From the NCBI GenBank assembly GCA_050916045.1, contig CP051526.1:1824001-1888000 (forward strand): a stretch of DNA of 64,000 nt, given 5' to 3'. A program made the position numbers and the translations under genes. The stretch is from Tepidisphaera sp. GTDB taxonomy: Bacteria; Planctomycetota; Phycisphaerae; Phycisphaerales; UBA1924. The notes beneath the pieces were generated by a model, which did not search any database, had not been told where the DNA came from, and saw only the letters and a list, made by a program, of their open reading frames with translations. Positions 9,928 through 19,709 of the stretch are shown here, piece after piece (position 1 is the stretch's first letter; every line of letters starts with the position of its first letter).

Positions 9928-9992
9928 GAACGAGCCCCCACCCGCCGAGCGCCAGCGAGCGGGTTTCTTGCACGACTCGCGATGCGGCGGAC

Positions 9993-12230
9993 CTAGAACA
10001 GCCCCGGCTCATCCACCGGCACCATCTTCCCCGTCTTTGGATCAAGCCGCATCCGCGGCTTGCCCGCCTTCGCGGGTGCCGCCGGAGCCGGAGCCACTGG
10101 CGCCGCAGCGGGCTTGGCCGGGGCTTTCGCCGCCGGTTTCGCGGCTTCACCCTTGGGCCCAAGCCGCTTGGCCGCCTTGGTGTCGATCAGCGTGGGCTCA
10201 TCGTCGTCCCGGGCCGCGTTCACCTTGAGCATCGCGGCTTCCGACTTGCTGGCGGTGAAGGGGTTGGAGGCCGCCTTCGAAGCCAGCGCCGCGATCGCGC
10301 TCGCGTTGGCCTTCTGATCCACCGCCTGCTCGACGACGATCACGCCTTCCTGATCCGCGGGGTCCTCGGCTTTGATCTTCTTCCCATCCTCGTCAAGCTC
10401 AAGGTCCGCGATCGCCGTCTTCTTCTTCGCCTGTTCGAGCAAAGCGTCGTACAGCTTCTTCGCGTCCGCCCCCGTGATCGCGTTGCACGCCTTGGCGATC
10501 TCGCCGATGTACTTCTGGAAGACGTCGCGCCGCTCACCCTCCCGCTTCATCTTCGCCCGCTTCTTGAGATACGTCCCGAGCTTGCGGCCGCACTCCATCA
10601 GCGCGAGCTTCATCTCCTTGCGGATCTCGTCGTAGTCGGCGATCGCCTCCTTGCTCTCGCTCGTGAACGGCACCCACACCGAAGCCATGTGGATCATGAT
10701 CACAAGCGGCCCCACCGGCAGGCTCTCGCGCGGCTGCGAAAGGTCATAGTTCCGCCAGTTCGTCTCCGTCACGCTCTTGAAGGACGAGCACGCCGACTGC
10801 TGGAACAGAAGCGGCACGCGGTTGGCGAACCGGATCACGCGGGCGGATTCATCACCCGGAAGCTCGCCGCCGAAAGCGATCGCCGCTTCGATCTGGAACG
10901 GACGCCCGCGGTACACCTCCGCCTCACGCGACGAAGCCGCGTAGAACTCGGCCCGCACGCCCTTCAGCAGGCCCGCGAGAAGCTGCCGCACGCCGATGGG
11001 CGCAAGGCAGTCGGTAGGGGGCGGCGCGAGCTTGGCTTCCTGGAAGACCTTGTAGAGCGCCTCGGCCTGCGGCGGCTCGAGGTCCGAGACCTTCGTCCGG
11101 CTCGTCACCTTGCTGGCTTTGGTGCTAATGGCGTCGCAGAACTCCGAAGCGGTCGGCCCCGACACGCGGCAGAACTTCTCCTGCAGGAAGTTGTAGAGCG
11201 TGCCCCCCTTGTCCGAGACCTCGTAGTCCTTGAGCATCTGGATCAGGATGCCAAGCTCGATCCCCTTGGGGTGCGGCTGGATCTCCTTGGTCTCCGGCGG
11301 AAGCTCCTGCACGCCGCGCGGGAAGACGATCACCCCCGCCGTCTCCGTCGTCTGCACGGGTTCGGACGGCGACGCCGCCGCGTCCCCAGCGGGCGCCACG
11401 GGGGAAGCCCCCTTCTTCGCCGCCATCAGCAGGACATCATCCTCCGCCGCGCTCTCGCGCGTGGGCGGGACGAGCGTGATCTTCGCGTGCGGGTTCGCGA
11501 TCGCGGTCAGCTCAAGGAACTCATCGACCGACCCGCGGCCCTTCTGGTACCGCCCCTCAAGCTCGATCGACACGCTCGTGCCCGTCGGGTAGTCCTTGTG
11601 CGACAGGAACTCCTCGCGACCCGCAAGCTCACGCGTCCCCGCCGTCAGGTTCCGGAGCCGCTGGAGCGGGAAATCGTCCGTCTCCTCGTCGACCGTCACC
11701 TCGGCCCGGTTCGTCTTGGTGTTCATCGCAAGCTCGATGTGGTGAGCCTGCTGCGTCGCTTTCGGACGCGTCTGGATCAGCATCGGCTTGCCCGTGGTGA
11801 TCAGGCCGTACATGCCGGCGGCCGAGATTCCGATCCCCTGCTGGCCGCGCGACATCTTGAGGCGGTGGAACTTGCTGCCAAAGAGGAGCCGCCCGAAGAC
11901 GTTCTCGACCTGCTTGCGCACGATGCCCGGGCCGTTGTCGACGACGCTGATCCGGTACCGCGACTGCTTGACCTCGCGGCCGCGGTCGGGCTGGAGGTCC
12001 TCGATGACCACCGTGATGTCGGGGAGGATGCCCGCTTCCTCGCACGCGTCCAGCGAGTTGTCGACGGCTTCCTTCACGGTCGTGAGCAGGGCCTTGCGGG
12101 GGTTGTCGAACCCCAGCAGGTGGCGGTTCTTGGCGAAGAACTCCGAGACGGAGATGTCGCGTTGCTTGCTCGCCATGCTCTCGGCGGTCGCACGCGTTCC
12201 GGGGTTTCCAGCGGCGTCTTTCTTGCTCAT
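9993..12230 (-). CDS. top6B: DNA topoisomerase VI subunit B
   Basis: ISVSEFFAKNRHLLGFDNP, GHKL motifs KEAVDNSLDACEE, DNGPG, SRGQQGIGISAA; transducer RFANRVPLL and VPFTSESKEAIA. Alternative start 12263. Confidence 0.93.
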   Translation of the reverse strand: MSKKDAAGNPGTRATAESMASKQRDISVSEFFAKNRHLLGFDNPRKALLTTVKEAVDNSLDACEEAGILPDITVVIEDLQPDRGREVKQSRYRISVVDNGPGIVRKQVENVFGRLLFGSKFHRLKMSRGQQGIGISAAGMYGLITTGKPMLIQTRPKATQQAHHIELAMNTKTNRAEVTVDEETDDFPLQRLRNLTAGTRELAGREEFLSHKDYPTGTSVSIELEGRYQKGRGSVDEFLELTAIANPHAKITLVPPTRESAAEDDVLLMAAKKGASPVAPAGDAAASPSEPVQTTETAGVIVFPRGVQELPPETKEIQPHPKGIELGILIQMLKDYEVSDKGGTLYNFLQEKFCRVSGPTASEFCDAISTKASKVTSRTKVSDLEPPQAEALYKVFQEAKLAPPPTDCLAPIGVRQLLAGLLKGVRAEFYAASSREAEVYRGRPFQIEAAIAFGGELPGDESARVIRFANRVPLLFQQSACSSFKSVTETNWRNYDLSQPRESLPVGPLVIMIHMASVWVPFTSESKEAIADYDEIRKEMKLALMECGRKLGTYLKKRAKMKREGERRDVFQKYIGEIAKACNAITGADAKKLYDALLEQAKKKTAIADLELDEDGKKIKAEDPADQEGVIVVEQAVDQKANASAIAALASKAASNPFTASKSEAAMLKVNAARDDDEPTLIDTKAAKRLGPKGEAAKPAAKAPAKPAAAPVAPAPAAPAKAGKPRMRLDPKTGKMVPVDEPGLF

Positions 12231-12443
12231 CGTTCGCGTCGATTCCACGGTCGAAGTTGACATCCAGCGGCCCTCCATGGCCAAACTTGCTGTGGCACGG
12301 GTGTCCGAGCCCAGGCGTGGGGCATTTTCCGCAGCCCGAACCCGCCGTTTCCCCCAGCGTAGCACCTCCGGAAACGCGACACGCGCCGCCGGGGCTTCTA
12401 CACTGCCCTTTCCGCCCGCACGCGTCCCTGGAGCACCCGCCGC

Positions 12444-13946
12444 ATGAAGCGCCCCGTCCCGCTCCCCGTCTTTCCACCCCGGGCCTCCATCGCGCCCGAA
12501 GCCAAGGAGAAGTGCGGCGTCATCGCGGTCTGGAACCCGCCCAAGGGCATGAACGCCGTCCGCCTCACCTACCTGGGCATGTACGCCCAGCAGCACCGCG
12601 GCCAGGAATCCGCCGGCATCGTCGTCACCGACGGCCGCACCATGGCCGGCCACACCGGCATGGGCCTGGTCCCGGCCGTCTTCGACGAGTACGCCCTCGA
12701 CCAGCTCGACCAGGCCGTCGGCCACCACGGCCGCGCCGCCATCGGCCACAACCGCTACTCGACCGCCGGCGGGAGCCAGGCCTGCAACGCCCAGCCGCTC
12801 CTCGAGAACTACATCGGCGGTCAGGTCGCTCTCGCCCACAACGGCAACCTCATCAACGCCGACCCCCTCCGCTACAAGTTCGAGGAAGCCGGTCACCTCT
12901 TCCACACCACCAGCGACACCGAGGTGATCATCCACATCCTCGCAAGCCCGGCCCAGCAGCGAGCCCCCGACCCGCTCGCGGCCACGCTCCGCCGCTTGCA
13001 GGGGGCTTTCAGCCTGTGTTTCCTCTTCCCCGACCGGATCGAAGCCGCCCGCGACCCGTGGGGCTGGCGTCCGCTCGTCCTGGGCCGCTTGCCCGAGTCC
13101 ACCGCGCCCGGCGAGGGCTGGGTGGTCGCGAGCGAGACCGTCGCGCTCACCGTCATGGGGGCTTCGCTGGTGCGTGAGATCGAGCCGGGCGAGATCGTCC
13201 GCATCGACGCGGCGGGCGTGCACTCCCGCCGCTTTGCCGAGCCCGCCGAACGCCTCGCCCACTGCGTCTTCGAGCACGTCTACTTCGCCAACCCTGCAAG
13301 CTCCGTCTTCGGCCAGAACGTCCAGTCCGCCCGCGAGCGCATGGGCGAGATGCTCGCCAAGGAAGCCCCCGTCGCCGCCGACTGCATCATGCCGATGCCC
13401 GATTCCGGCCGCTCGGCCGCGACCGGCTACGCCCGCGCGAGCGGCATCCCGTACCGCGAGGGGATCGTGCCCAACCGCTACGTCGGCCGCACGTTCATCA
13501 AGCCCACCCAGACCGAGCGCGCGATGGCCGTCCGCCTCAAGCTCAACGTCATCCCCGACATCGTCGCGGGCCGACGCATCGTCGTCGTCGACGACTCGAT
13601 CGTCCGCGGCACGACGACCAAAGCCAAGATGGACCAGCTCCGCCAGGCCGGCGCGAAGGAGATCCACCTCCGCATCTCCTGCCCGCCCATCCGCCACCCG
13701 TGCTACTTCGGCGTCGACTTCGCGACGCGGGACCAGCTCATCGCCAACGGCCGGACGGTGGAAGAGATCCGGGCGTTCCTCGGCGTCGACAGCTTGCACT
13801 ACCTCTCGCTCGACGGCCTGCTCGCGTGCGTCGACCGCGAACCCAGAAGCTACTGCACCGCCTGCTTCAGCGGCGACTACCGCCTCGACCCCGACCACCC
13901 GCAGACGGAGATCGTGGTCGACTCGCAGCAGGCGACGATGTTCTGA
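12444..13946 (+). CDS. purF: Amidophosphoribosyltransferase
   Basis: Propeptide then EKCG; QHRGQESAG, GHNRYST, AHNGNL, VVVDDSIVRGTT, YCTACFSG. Confidence 0.96.
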   Translation: MKRPVPLPVFPPRASIAPEAKEKCGVIAVWNPPKGMNAVRLTYLGMYAQQHRGQESAGIVVTDGRTMAGHTGMGLVPAVFDEYALDQLDQAVGHHGRAAIGHNRYSTAGGSQACNAQPLLENYIGGQVALAHNGNLINADPLRYKFEEAGHLFHTTSDTEVIIHILASPAQQRAPDPLAATLRRLQGAFSLCFLFPDRIEAARDPWGWRPLVLGRLPESTAPGEGWVVASETVALTVMGASLVREIEPGEIVRIDAAGVHSRRFAEPAERLAHCVFEHVYFANPASSVFGQNVQSARERMGEMLAKEAPVAADCIMPMPDSGRSAATGYARASGIPYREGIVPNRYVGRTFIKPTQTERAMAVRLKLNVIPDIVAGRRIVVVDDSIVRGTTTKAKMDQLRQAGAKEIHLRISCPPIRHPCYFGVDFATRDQLIANGRTVEEIRAFLGVDSLHYLSLDGLLACVDREPRSYCTACFSGDYRLDPDHPQTEIVVDSQQATMF

Positions 13947-14175
13947 GGTTTTTCAGAGCCCGACGCGCCAGCGAGGGTCTTCGCACTTGCTCCGAAGCTC
14001 GCCGACGCCCGCCACGCCAGCAAGGAGTACGCGGCGAACAGCGAGCGTCATCCCGTGTGACGATTGCGACGACGAACTTCTTGTTGTCGGAGCACGGCGC
14101 GACAGACATGGAGGACCGCGCGATGTTCCCAAGCCGTGCAGGCCTTCTCTCATCGCCGTGCCCTCCCCGCCATCG

Positions 14176-15327
14176 TTACTGAACGACGACCAGCTCCACT
14201 CGTCGCGAGGGGGGGCGGTCTTGGTACGTCACGGGGCCTCGGACGATGACTTTGCGGATGGCGAAGCCGGCGGCGGTGAGGTGCTTCTTGACGGCGTTTC
14301 CGCGCGCGACGGACAACTCTTCCCTCGTTTGCCGTCTGTTGTGCCAAAGTCCTGAATCTTGAAACACCTCAAGATCCACGACCGCACCGCGCGGCAGGCT
14401 CTTGATCTTCTCGTCGATCCGCTCGGCTGCGCCGTCTGAAAGCACTTCGCTGCCCGAGTTGAACAGATTGACGCCGAGATCGATCCGCTCTCGATCGGGG
14501 GGCGCACTGATGCTCCGTCCCCACGCGGAGTCCCGTTCGATTTCGGCGAGGACCAGCTCGACGCGCCGCGAGGAGGCTCGTCCATTCTCCTCCGCGACCC
14601 CTCGCACGATGACGTCGCGTGCGTTTATTCCGAGCGTGAGAAGGCGGTTCCGCACGGCCTGGCCGCGTGCTCGGTCGACTTCATCCGGGTGTCTGAATCG
14701 ATTGACCTTGAGTCCTCCAGTTGACTGTCGAAAGACCGCGATGTCGACGGTCGCGCCTTTGGGAATTTCGCGAGCTTTCTCTTTGACGGTCTCCTTTGCG
14801 CCTGGGGCAAACTGTTCGGTCCCGGAGAGAAACAAGGAGCCCCCAAGATCGATGCGGGCTGGGTTTGCGATGGCGAGTTCGGCTGGGGAAATCGCTGCGA
14901 ACTCGATTCGGTCGGTGGGTGGCCGTCCATCCACTTCGACCGAGCCCTCGATCCGCGATCGGCGAACTTTGTACCCCCTCTGTGCGATTGCTTCTCCGAG
15001 GGCCCGAAGCCGAGCGCGGTCCAAGGCCTCCATGTCCCGCGGCGAATTGATCAGAATCGGCCGAGGCAGTTGGAACAGCCGGAGATCCAGCGTCGTTCCC
15101 GCAGGGATCTGCGACAAGGACTCGTCGAGAAGCTTGCGGTACCCATCCAGCCATTCGGAGGAGCCAGCCCGGAAGAGACGTGAGGTGTCGAGCTCGCCGG
15201 TCGTCTTCGTCGCACGCTCTGGCGGTTGCGTCGGCGAAGGCGGTGTTTCTGCCGAGCGATCGCTGCAGCACCCTTGGATGCTGACCAGGAGAATTCCGAA
15301 CGCGATGGAAAGCGCGACCAACCTCAT
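14176..15327 (-). CDS. Putative lipoprotein with three tandem degenerate OmpA/MotB C-terminal-like domains
   Basis: Lipobox-like LLVSIQGC; three ~110-aa repeats of the form LFxxGSxx...RARxxAVxxxLxxxG...(S)RRVELV. Confidence 0.7.
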   Translation of the reverse strand: MRLVALSIAFGILLVSIQGCCSDRSAETPPSPTQPPERATKTTGELDTSRLFRAGSSEWLDGYRKLLDESLSQIPAGTTLDLRLFQLPRPILINSPRDMEALDRARLRALGEAIAQRGYKVRRSRIEGSVEVDGRPPTDRIEFAAISPAELAIANPARIDLGGSLFLSGTEQFAPGAKETVKEKAREIPKGATVDIAVFRQSTGGLKVNRFRHPDEVDRARGQAVRNRLLTLGINARDVIVRGVAEENGRASSRRVELVLAEIERDSAWGRSISAPPDRERIDLGVNLFNSGSEVLSDGAAERIDEKIKSLPRGAVVDLEVFQDSGLWHNRRQTREELSVARGNAVKKHLTAAGFAIRKVIVRGPVTYQDRPPSRRVELVVVQ

Positions 15328-15381
15328 ACGGCGTCTATCGGTATGTCATGCTCGGATTCCTCAAGGAGGTCCGACGATCGC

Positions 15382-16551
15382 TTACATCCCCAGGATCGCA
15401 TCCAGCAGTTCCGGAATCCCCTCGCCCTTGCTCGCGACCGTCTCGACGATCCCGCGTTTGCCGGCCATGTCTCGGAGGTCGCGGACGAGTTCGTGGCGGC
15501 CCGGGTGGTCGGCTTTGTTGCAGACGAAGAGGTCGGCGATTTCGAGGATGCCGGCTTTGTCCATCTGGACGGAGTCGCCTTGGCCGGGGGTGAGGACGAC
15601 GACGGTCTTGTCGACGTGCTGGCGGATGCGGGTCTCGTTCTGGCCGGCGCCGACGGTTTCGACGAAGACCAGGTCGTACGCGTCGGCACCGCTCGTGGAA
15701 TTCGCGTGCGAGCCGCCGATCACCTGCAGGATTTCCGGCAGAGCGTGGTAGTCTTCGCCGGAGATCGCGAGGGAGCGGTAGAAGACGGCTTCGTCGAGTG
15801 CGTTGAAATCCACGCGGAGGCGGTCGCCGAGAAGGGCGCCCGCGGTGATGGGGCTCATGGGGTCAAAGGCGACGACGGCGACGCGGCCCTTGGCCGTCCC
15901 GGCTTTGGAGCGGCGGGTGTATTCGCCCGCGAGCTGAGCGACGAGGGTGGATTTGCCGGCGCCGGGAGCTCCGGTGATGCCGATGACCTTGGCGGGGCGT
16001 TTGCGGATCGCTCCGGCGCGGATGGGCTTGTTGTCGTGGAGGAGGGAGATGTCGCGGGCGAGCTGGGCGGTCGGCGAGCCCTTCGCATCCATCCCGCGCG
16101 GCTTGACGGCGGCCCGCACGGCTTCCACGATGTCGAGGAGGCCTGTGGCCGTGGTGAAGCAGCGTGCCACGCCGGCTTCGAGAAGCTTGGGCAGGTCTTC
16201 CTGGGGCAGAATGCCGCCCATGTAGACGGGGAGGTCGGGTCGGCCGAGGTCGGCGAGGGCTTTGACGAGCTTGGGGCCCAGGACCAGGTGGCTGTTGGAC
16301 ATCATGCTCGCGGCGATGACGTCGCAATCCTCATCGCGGGCGGAGACGGCGAGGGACCGCGGGGTCTGCCAGAGTCCGGAGTAGATGACGTGCACGCCGG
16401 AATCCCGGAGGGCGCGGGCGATGACCTTGACGCCGCGGTCGTGACCATCCAGCCCCATCTTGCCCAAAAGCACCCGCGGACGGTGGGGGAGGTCCCCGCA
16501 GCGGTCCTTCTTCTCAAACTCCGTCGTCGCGGTGTGAAGCGTGGTGGTCAT
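15382..16551 (-). CDS. Fusion of cobalamin-binding domain and MeaB/ArgK-like GTPase
   Basis: GLDGHDRG (DxHxxG) N-terminal domain; GITGAPGAGKST, GALLGDRLR, ETVGAGQ, KAGILEIAD, NKAD. Confidence 0.88.
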   Translation of the reverse strand: MTTTLHTATTEFEKKDRCGDLPHRPRVLLGKMGLDGHDRGVKVIARALRDSGVHVIYSGLWQTPRSLAVSARDEDCDVIAASMMSNSHLVLGPKLVKALADLGRPDLPVYMGGILPQEDLPKLLEAGVARCFTTATGLLDIVEAVRAAVKPRGMDAKGSPTAQLARDISLLHDNKPIRAGAIRKRPAKVIGITGAPGAGKSTLVAQLAGEYTRRSKAGTAKGRVAVVAFDPMSPITAGALLGDRLRVDFNALDEAVFYRSLAISGEDYHALPEILQVIGGSHANSTSGADAYDLVFVETVGAGQNETRIRQHVDKTVVVLTPGQGDSVQMDKAGILEIADLFVCNKADHPGRHELVRDLRDMAGKRGIVETVASKGEGIPELLDAILGM

Positions 16552-16648
16552 GGCGGATCATAGAAGCCACGGCATCACGGGCTTGGACCCGCATCGGACC
16601 CCGCCCCGCCGTCGAATCTGTTAGTCTGAACCCCGGAGTATCCCCCGC

Positions 16649-17389
16649 ATGACCGACGCTTCTCTCCCGACCGGACCCTCGCTCGACATTCGAGCCAAGG
16701 TGTACGTCTGGCTGACCGCGATCTTTGTCGCCTGCCTCCTCGTCGCCGACGTCGTGGGCATCAAGCTCTTCCGGATCAACGTCCTGGGCTGGCAGGTCGA
16801 GCACACCTGCGGCATGCTCACCTTCCCCATCACCTTCCTGCTCACCGACCTCCTCAACGACTACTACGGCAAGCCCGCCGCCCGCCGCGTCGCGTACATC
16901 GCTTTCGCCATGGGTGCCCTGGTCTTCGGCGTGATCAACATCGCCCTGGCCATGCCTTCCCTGCCCGCCCCGTACAACGTTCCCGACGAAGCTTTCAACG
17001 CGGTTTTCGCCAAAGCCCGCATCATGTACGTCGCTTCCCTCGCCGCGTTCATGGTCGGCAGCCTGCTCGACATCTGGATTTTCGGCATCATGAAGCGAGC
17101 GACCGGTGGGCGATTCCTCTGGCTCCGGGCGACCGGAAGCACCGTCATCAGCCAGGTCTTTGACAGTCTCGTCGTCAGCATCCTGGCGTTCCACCTCTTC
17201 CCGGGCCTGCTTGGGATGCCCGCCGACTCGATCATGCCCCTTTCGGCGGCCCTCAAGACCGCCGCGACCGGTTACACCCTCAAGTTCGTCTTGGCGGTGG
17301 GAATCACCCCCTTGATCTACGCGGGCCACGCCTGGCTCCGAAGCCTGGGCCTCAAACCCATCCCGGTGACCGACGCGGCCCGGGTCTGA
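16649..17389 (+). CDS. yhhQ: Queuosine precursor transporter (YhhQ/VUT family)
   Basis: FPITFLLTDLLNDYYG, LWLRATGSTVISQVFDS; about 6 TM helices. Confidence 0.88.
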   Translation: MTDASLPTGPSLDIRAKVYVWLTAIFVACLLVADVVGIKLFRINVLGWQVEHTCGMLTFPITFLLTDLLNDYYGKPAARRVAYIAFAMGALVFGVINIALAMPSLPAPYNVPDEAFNAVFAKARIMYVASLAAFMVGSLLDIWIFGIMKRATGGRFLWLRATGSTVISQVFDSLVVSILAFHLFPGLLGMPADSIMPLSAALKTAATGYTLKFVLAVGITPLIYAGHAWLRSLGLKPIPVTDAARV

Positions 17390-17584
17390 CGTCCCAAACG
17401 CGGTTATCCGACCCTCGCCTGCTCGAAGTTGGCTTGCATCCCGGGAATCTTGTTGGTAGTCTGCGGATATCGGGTCTCGCGGCGGGCTTTCGCCCGTCGG
17501 CTCGGATCGGCACGGCATTCAGACCGGCCCCGGGCAGTTTGCTTTCGAGACCGCAGGATCGCGCGTCTACAGGAGACTGGTTCC

Positions 17585-19519
17585 ATGCATCGCAACGTTC
17601 AAGCTCACCAAGGCATCGCTGGCTCGGTTCGTCGTTCGTGGTTCAGCGCGGCGCTGGTCGTCGCGGCGTGCGCCGGCTCGGCGCTCGCTTCGGTCCAGGT
17701 TCAGACCGACAACATCATCGCCGAGAGCAACCATCGCGCTCTGGCGGCCCTCGACGCCCAGCCCACGCTCGAGTACGACCCCGGCTCCGTGCTGGTGAAG
17801 TTCTCGACGCAGGGTCGCGGCGCCGATCGCATGATCAGCCAGGCCGCCGCCCTCGTCGGCGGTGAGGTCGTCCAGCGATGGACCGTCGTCCCCGGTCTCG
17901 TTCACCTCACGGTGAACAGCATGAGCGTCGAGGACGCCATCCGCGTTCTCTCCGCCATGCCCGAGGTCGAGTACGCCGAGCCCGACTTCTACGTCCGCGC
18001 TCTCGTCACGCCCAACGACCCCAGCTACGGCCAGCTCTGGGGCATGAACCAGACCAACGATGCCGACATCGACGCGCCGCAGGGCTGGGACATCTTCACG
18101 GGCAACCCGAACTTCGTGGTGGCCGTGATCGACACCGGCATCCAGCGGACCCACCCGGACCTCGCCGCGAACACCTGGGTCAACCCCGGTGAGATCGCCG
18201 GCAACAGCATCGACGACGACGGCAACGGCTTCGTCGACGACCTGTACGGCTGGGACTTCGTCAACAACGACAACAACCCGACGGACGACAACGGCCACGG
18301 CACCCACTGCGCGGGCACGATCGGCGCGGTTGGCAACAACGGCGTCGGCGTCGTCGGCGTGGTGTGGAACACCAAGCTCGCCGCCTGCAAATTCCTCAGT
18401 GCGAGCGGCAGCGGCTCGATCTCCGCGGCCCTCTCCTCGCTTCAGTACTGCATCGGCAAGGGGATCAAAGTCTCCAACAACAGCTGGGGCGGCGGCGGGT
18501 TCAGCCAGTCCATGGCCAACGCCCTCACCACCGCGGCCAACGTCGGCCACATCTTCGTCGCCGCGGCCGGCAACGGCGGGTACAACAACGACACCTCCCC
18601 GTCCTACCCCGCTTCCTACACCAACCCCAACGTGATCGCGGTCGCCGCCACGGCAAGCAACGACACCCTCGCCAGCTTCTCCCAGTTCGGCGCAACCAGC
18701 GTCGACGTCGGCGCCCCCGGCGTCAACATCTACTCGACCTACCCCACCAATAGCTACACCACCCTCTCGGGTACCTCGATGGCCACCCCGCACGTCGCGG
18801 GCGTCGTCACCGCCGTCTACGGCCAGAACCCCTCCTGGACCTACCAGCAGGTGCGTGACCGCATCTATGCCACCGTCCGTCCTGTCGCGGCTCTGAACGG
18901 CCGCTGCGTGACCGGCGGCATGGTCAACCTGCAAGCGGCTCTGGTGAACAACAACAACCCGCCGACGATCAACCTCACCGCTCCGGCCACGAACCTCACC
19001 GTCAACGCCGGCACGGTCATCTCCTACGCGGCGACGGCCAATGACCTCCAGGACGGTAACATCTCGGCGAACATCCGCTGGACCTCGAACCTTCAGGGCC
19101 AGATCGGCACCGGCTCGTCCTTCTCCCACTCGACGCTCATGGTCGGGACGCACACGATCACCGCTTCGATCTCCGACTCGATCGGCTCGACGGCGACCGC
19201 GACCCGCACCGTCGTGGTGAACTCGATCATCGGCAGCCTCCCCGGCGCCCCCAGCTTCCCGCGGTGCTACCGCAGCGGCGCGGGCGTGAACGTGATCTGG
19301 AACGATAACTCCGCCGGCGAGTTCGGATTCCAGATCGAGCGCCAGCAGCGTGTCTCGGGCATCTGGGTCAGCACCACGGTCGTCGGCACCACGGCCGGCA
19401 ATGTCGCGTCCTACTTCGACGTTCCGCCCCTGACCGGGCAGGCCTGGCGCTACCGCGTCCGGGCCTTCAACGGCACGGGCTTCAGCGCCTGGACGCCCTA
19501 CGCGTCCTTCAGCAACTGA
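17585..19519 (+). CDS. Secreted S8 subtilisin-like serine peptidase with C-terminal Ig-like and FN3-like domains
   Basis: VAVIDTG, HGTHCAG, SGTSMATPHVAG catalytic triad motifs; YRVRAFN C-terminus. Confidence 0.93.
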   Translation: MHRNVQAHQGIAGSVRRSWFSAALVVAACAGSALASVQVQTDNIIAESNHRALAALDAQPTLEYDPGSVLVKFSTQGRGADRMISQAAALVGGEVVQRWTVVPGLVHLTVNSMSVEDAIRVLSAMPEVEYAEPDFYVRALVTPNDPSYGQLWGMNQTNDADIDAPQGWDIFTGNPNFVVAVIDTGIQRTHPDLAANTWVNPGEIAGNSIDDDGNGFVDDLYGWDFVNNDNNPTDDNGHGTHCAGTIGAVGNNGVGVVGVVWNTKLAACKFLSASGSGSISAALSSLQYCIGKGIKVSNNSWGGGGFSQSMANALTTAANVGHIFVAAAGNGGYNNDTSPSYPASYTNPNVIAVAATASNDTLASFSQFGATSVDVGAPGVNIYSTYPTNSYTTLSGTSMATPHVAGVVTAVYGQNPSWTYQQVRDRIYATVRPVAALNGRCVTGGMVNLQAALVNNNNPPTINLTAPATNLTVNAGTVISYAATANDLQDGNISANIRWTSNLQGQIGTGSSFSHSTLMVGTHTITASISDSIGSTATATRTVVVNSIIGSLPGAPSFPRCYRSGAGVNVIWNDNSAGEFGFQIERQQRVSGIWVSTTVVGTTAGNVASYFDVPPLTGQAWRYRVRAFNGTGFSAWTPYASFSN

Positions 19520-19709
19520 TTTCGGCACCCCCGGACAGTTTCTGAACAGATCGGTCCATTCCTAAGCCGGTTCGGCGGCCGGGGTCCTCGTGGCTCCGGC
19601 CGCTTTTCTTTCCCGGGTCGGTTTTTCGGGGCGTGTGAGGGTTGCGGTCTTGCCACGATCCGGCGGAGGGTCTATAGTCTCAGCCCAACCCTTTTCAGGA
19701 GACCGCACG

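Noticed and set aside
12264..13898. 1301-aa ORF as a giant Top6B fusion
   Set aside because: The N-terminal ~550 aa is the antisense shadow of purF; Top6B motifs begin near 12230.
13920..13946. PurF C-terminus QQATMF as a clamp-binding motif
   Set aside because: Weak match with no rationale for a metabolic enzyme; probably chance.
13953..14175. Short ORFs between purF and the OmpA-like gene
   Set aside because: No motif, clear RBS or protein-like composition; left unannotated.
16552..16648. preQ1 riboswitch before yhhQ or cobalamin riboswitch before the B12/MeaB gene
   Set aside because: The 97-bp gap lacks the preQ1 A-rich tail and the cobalamin box, and the B12 gene appears leaderless.
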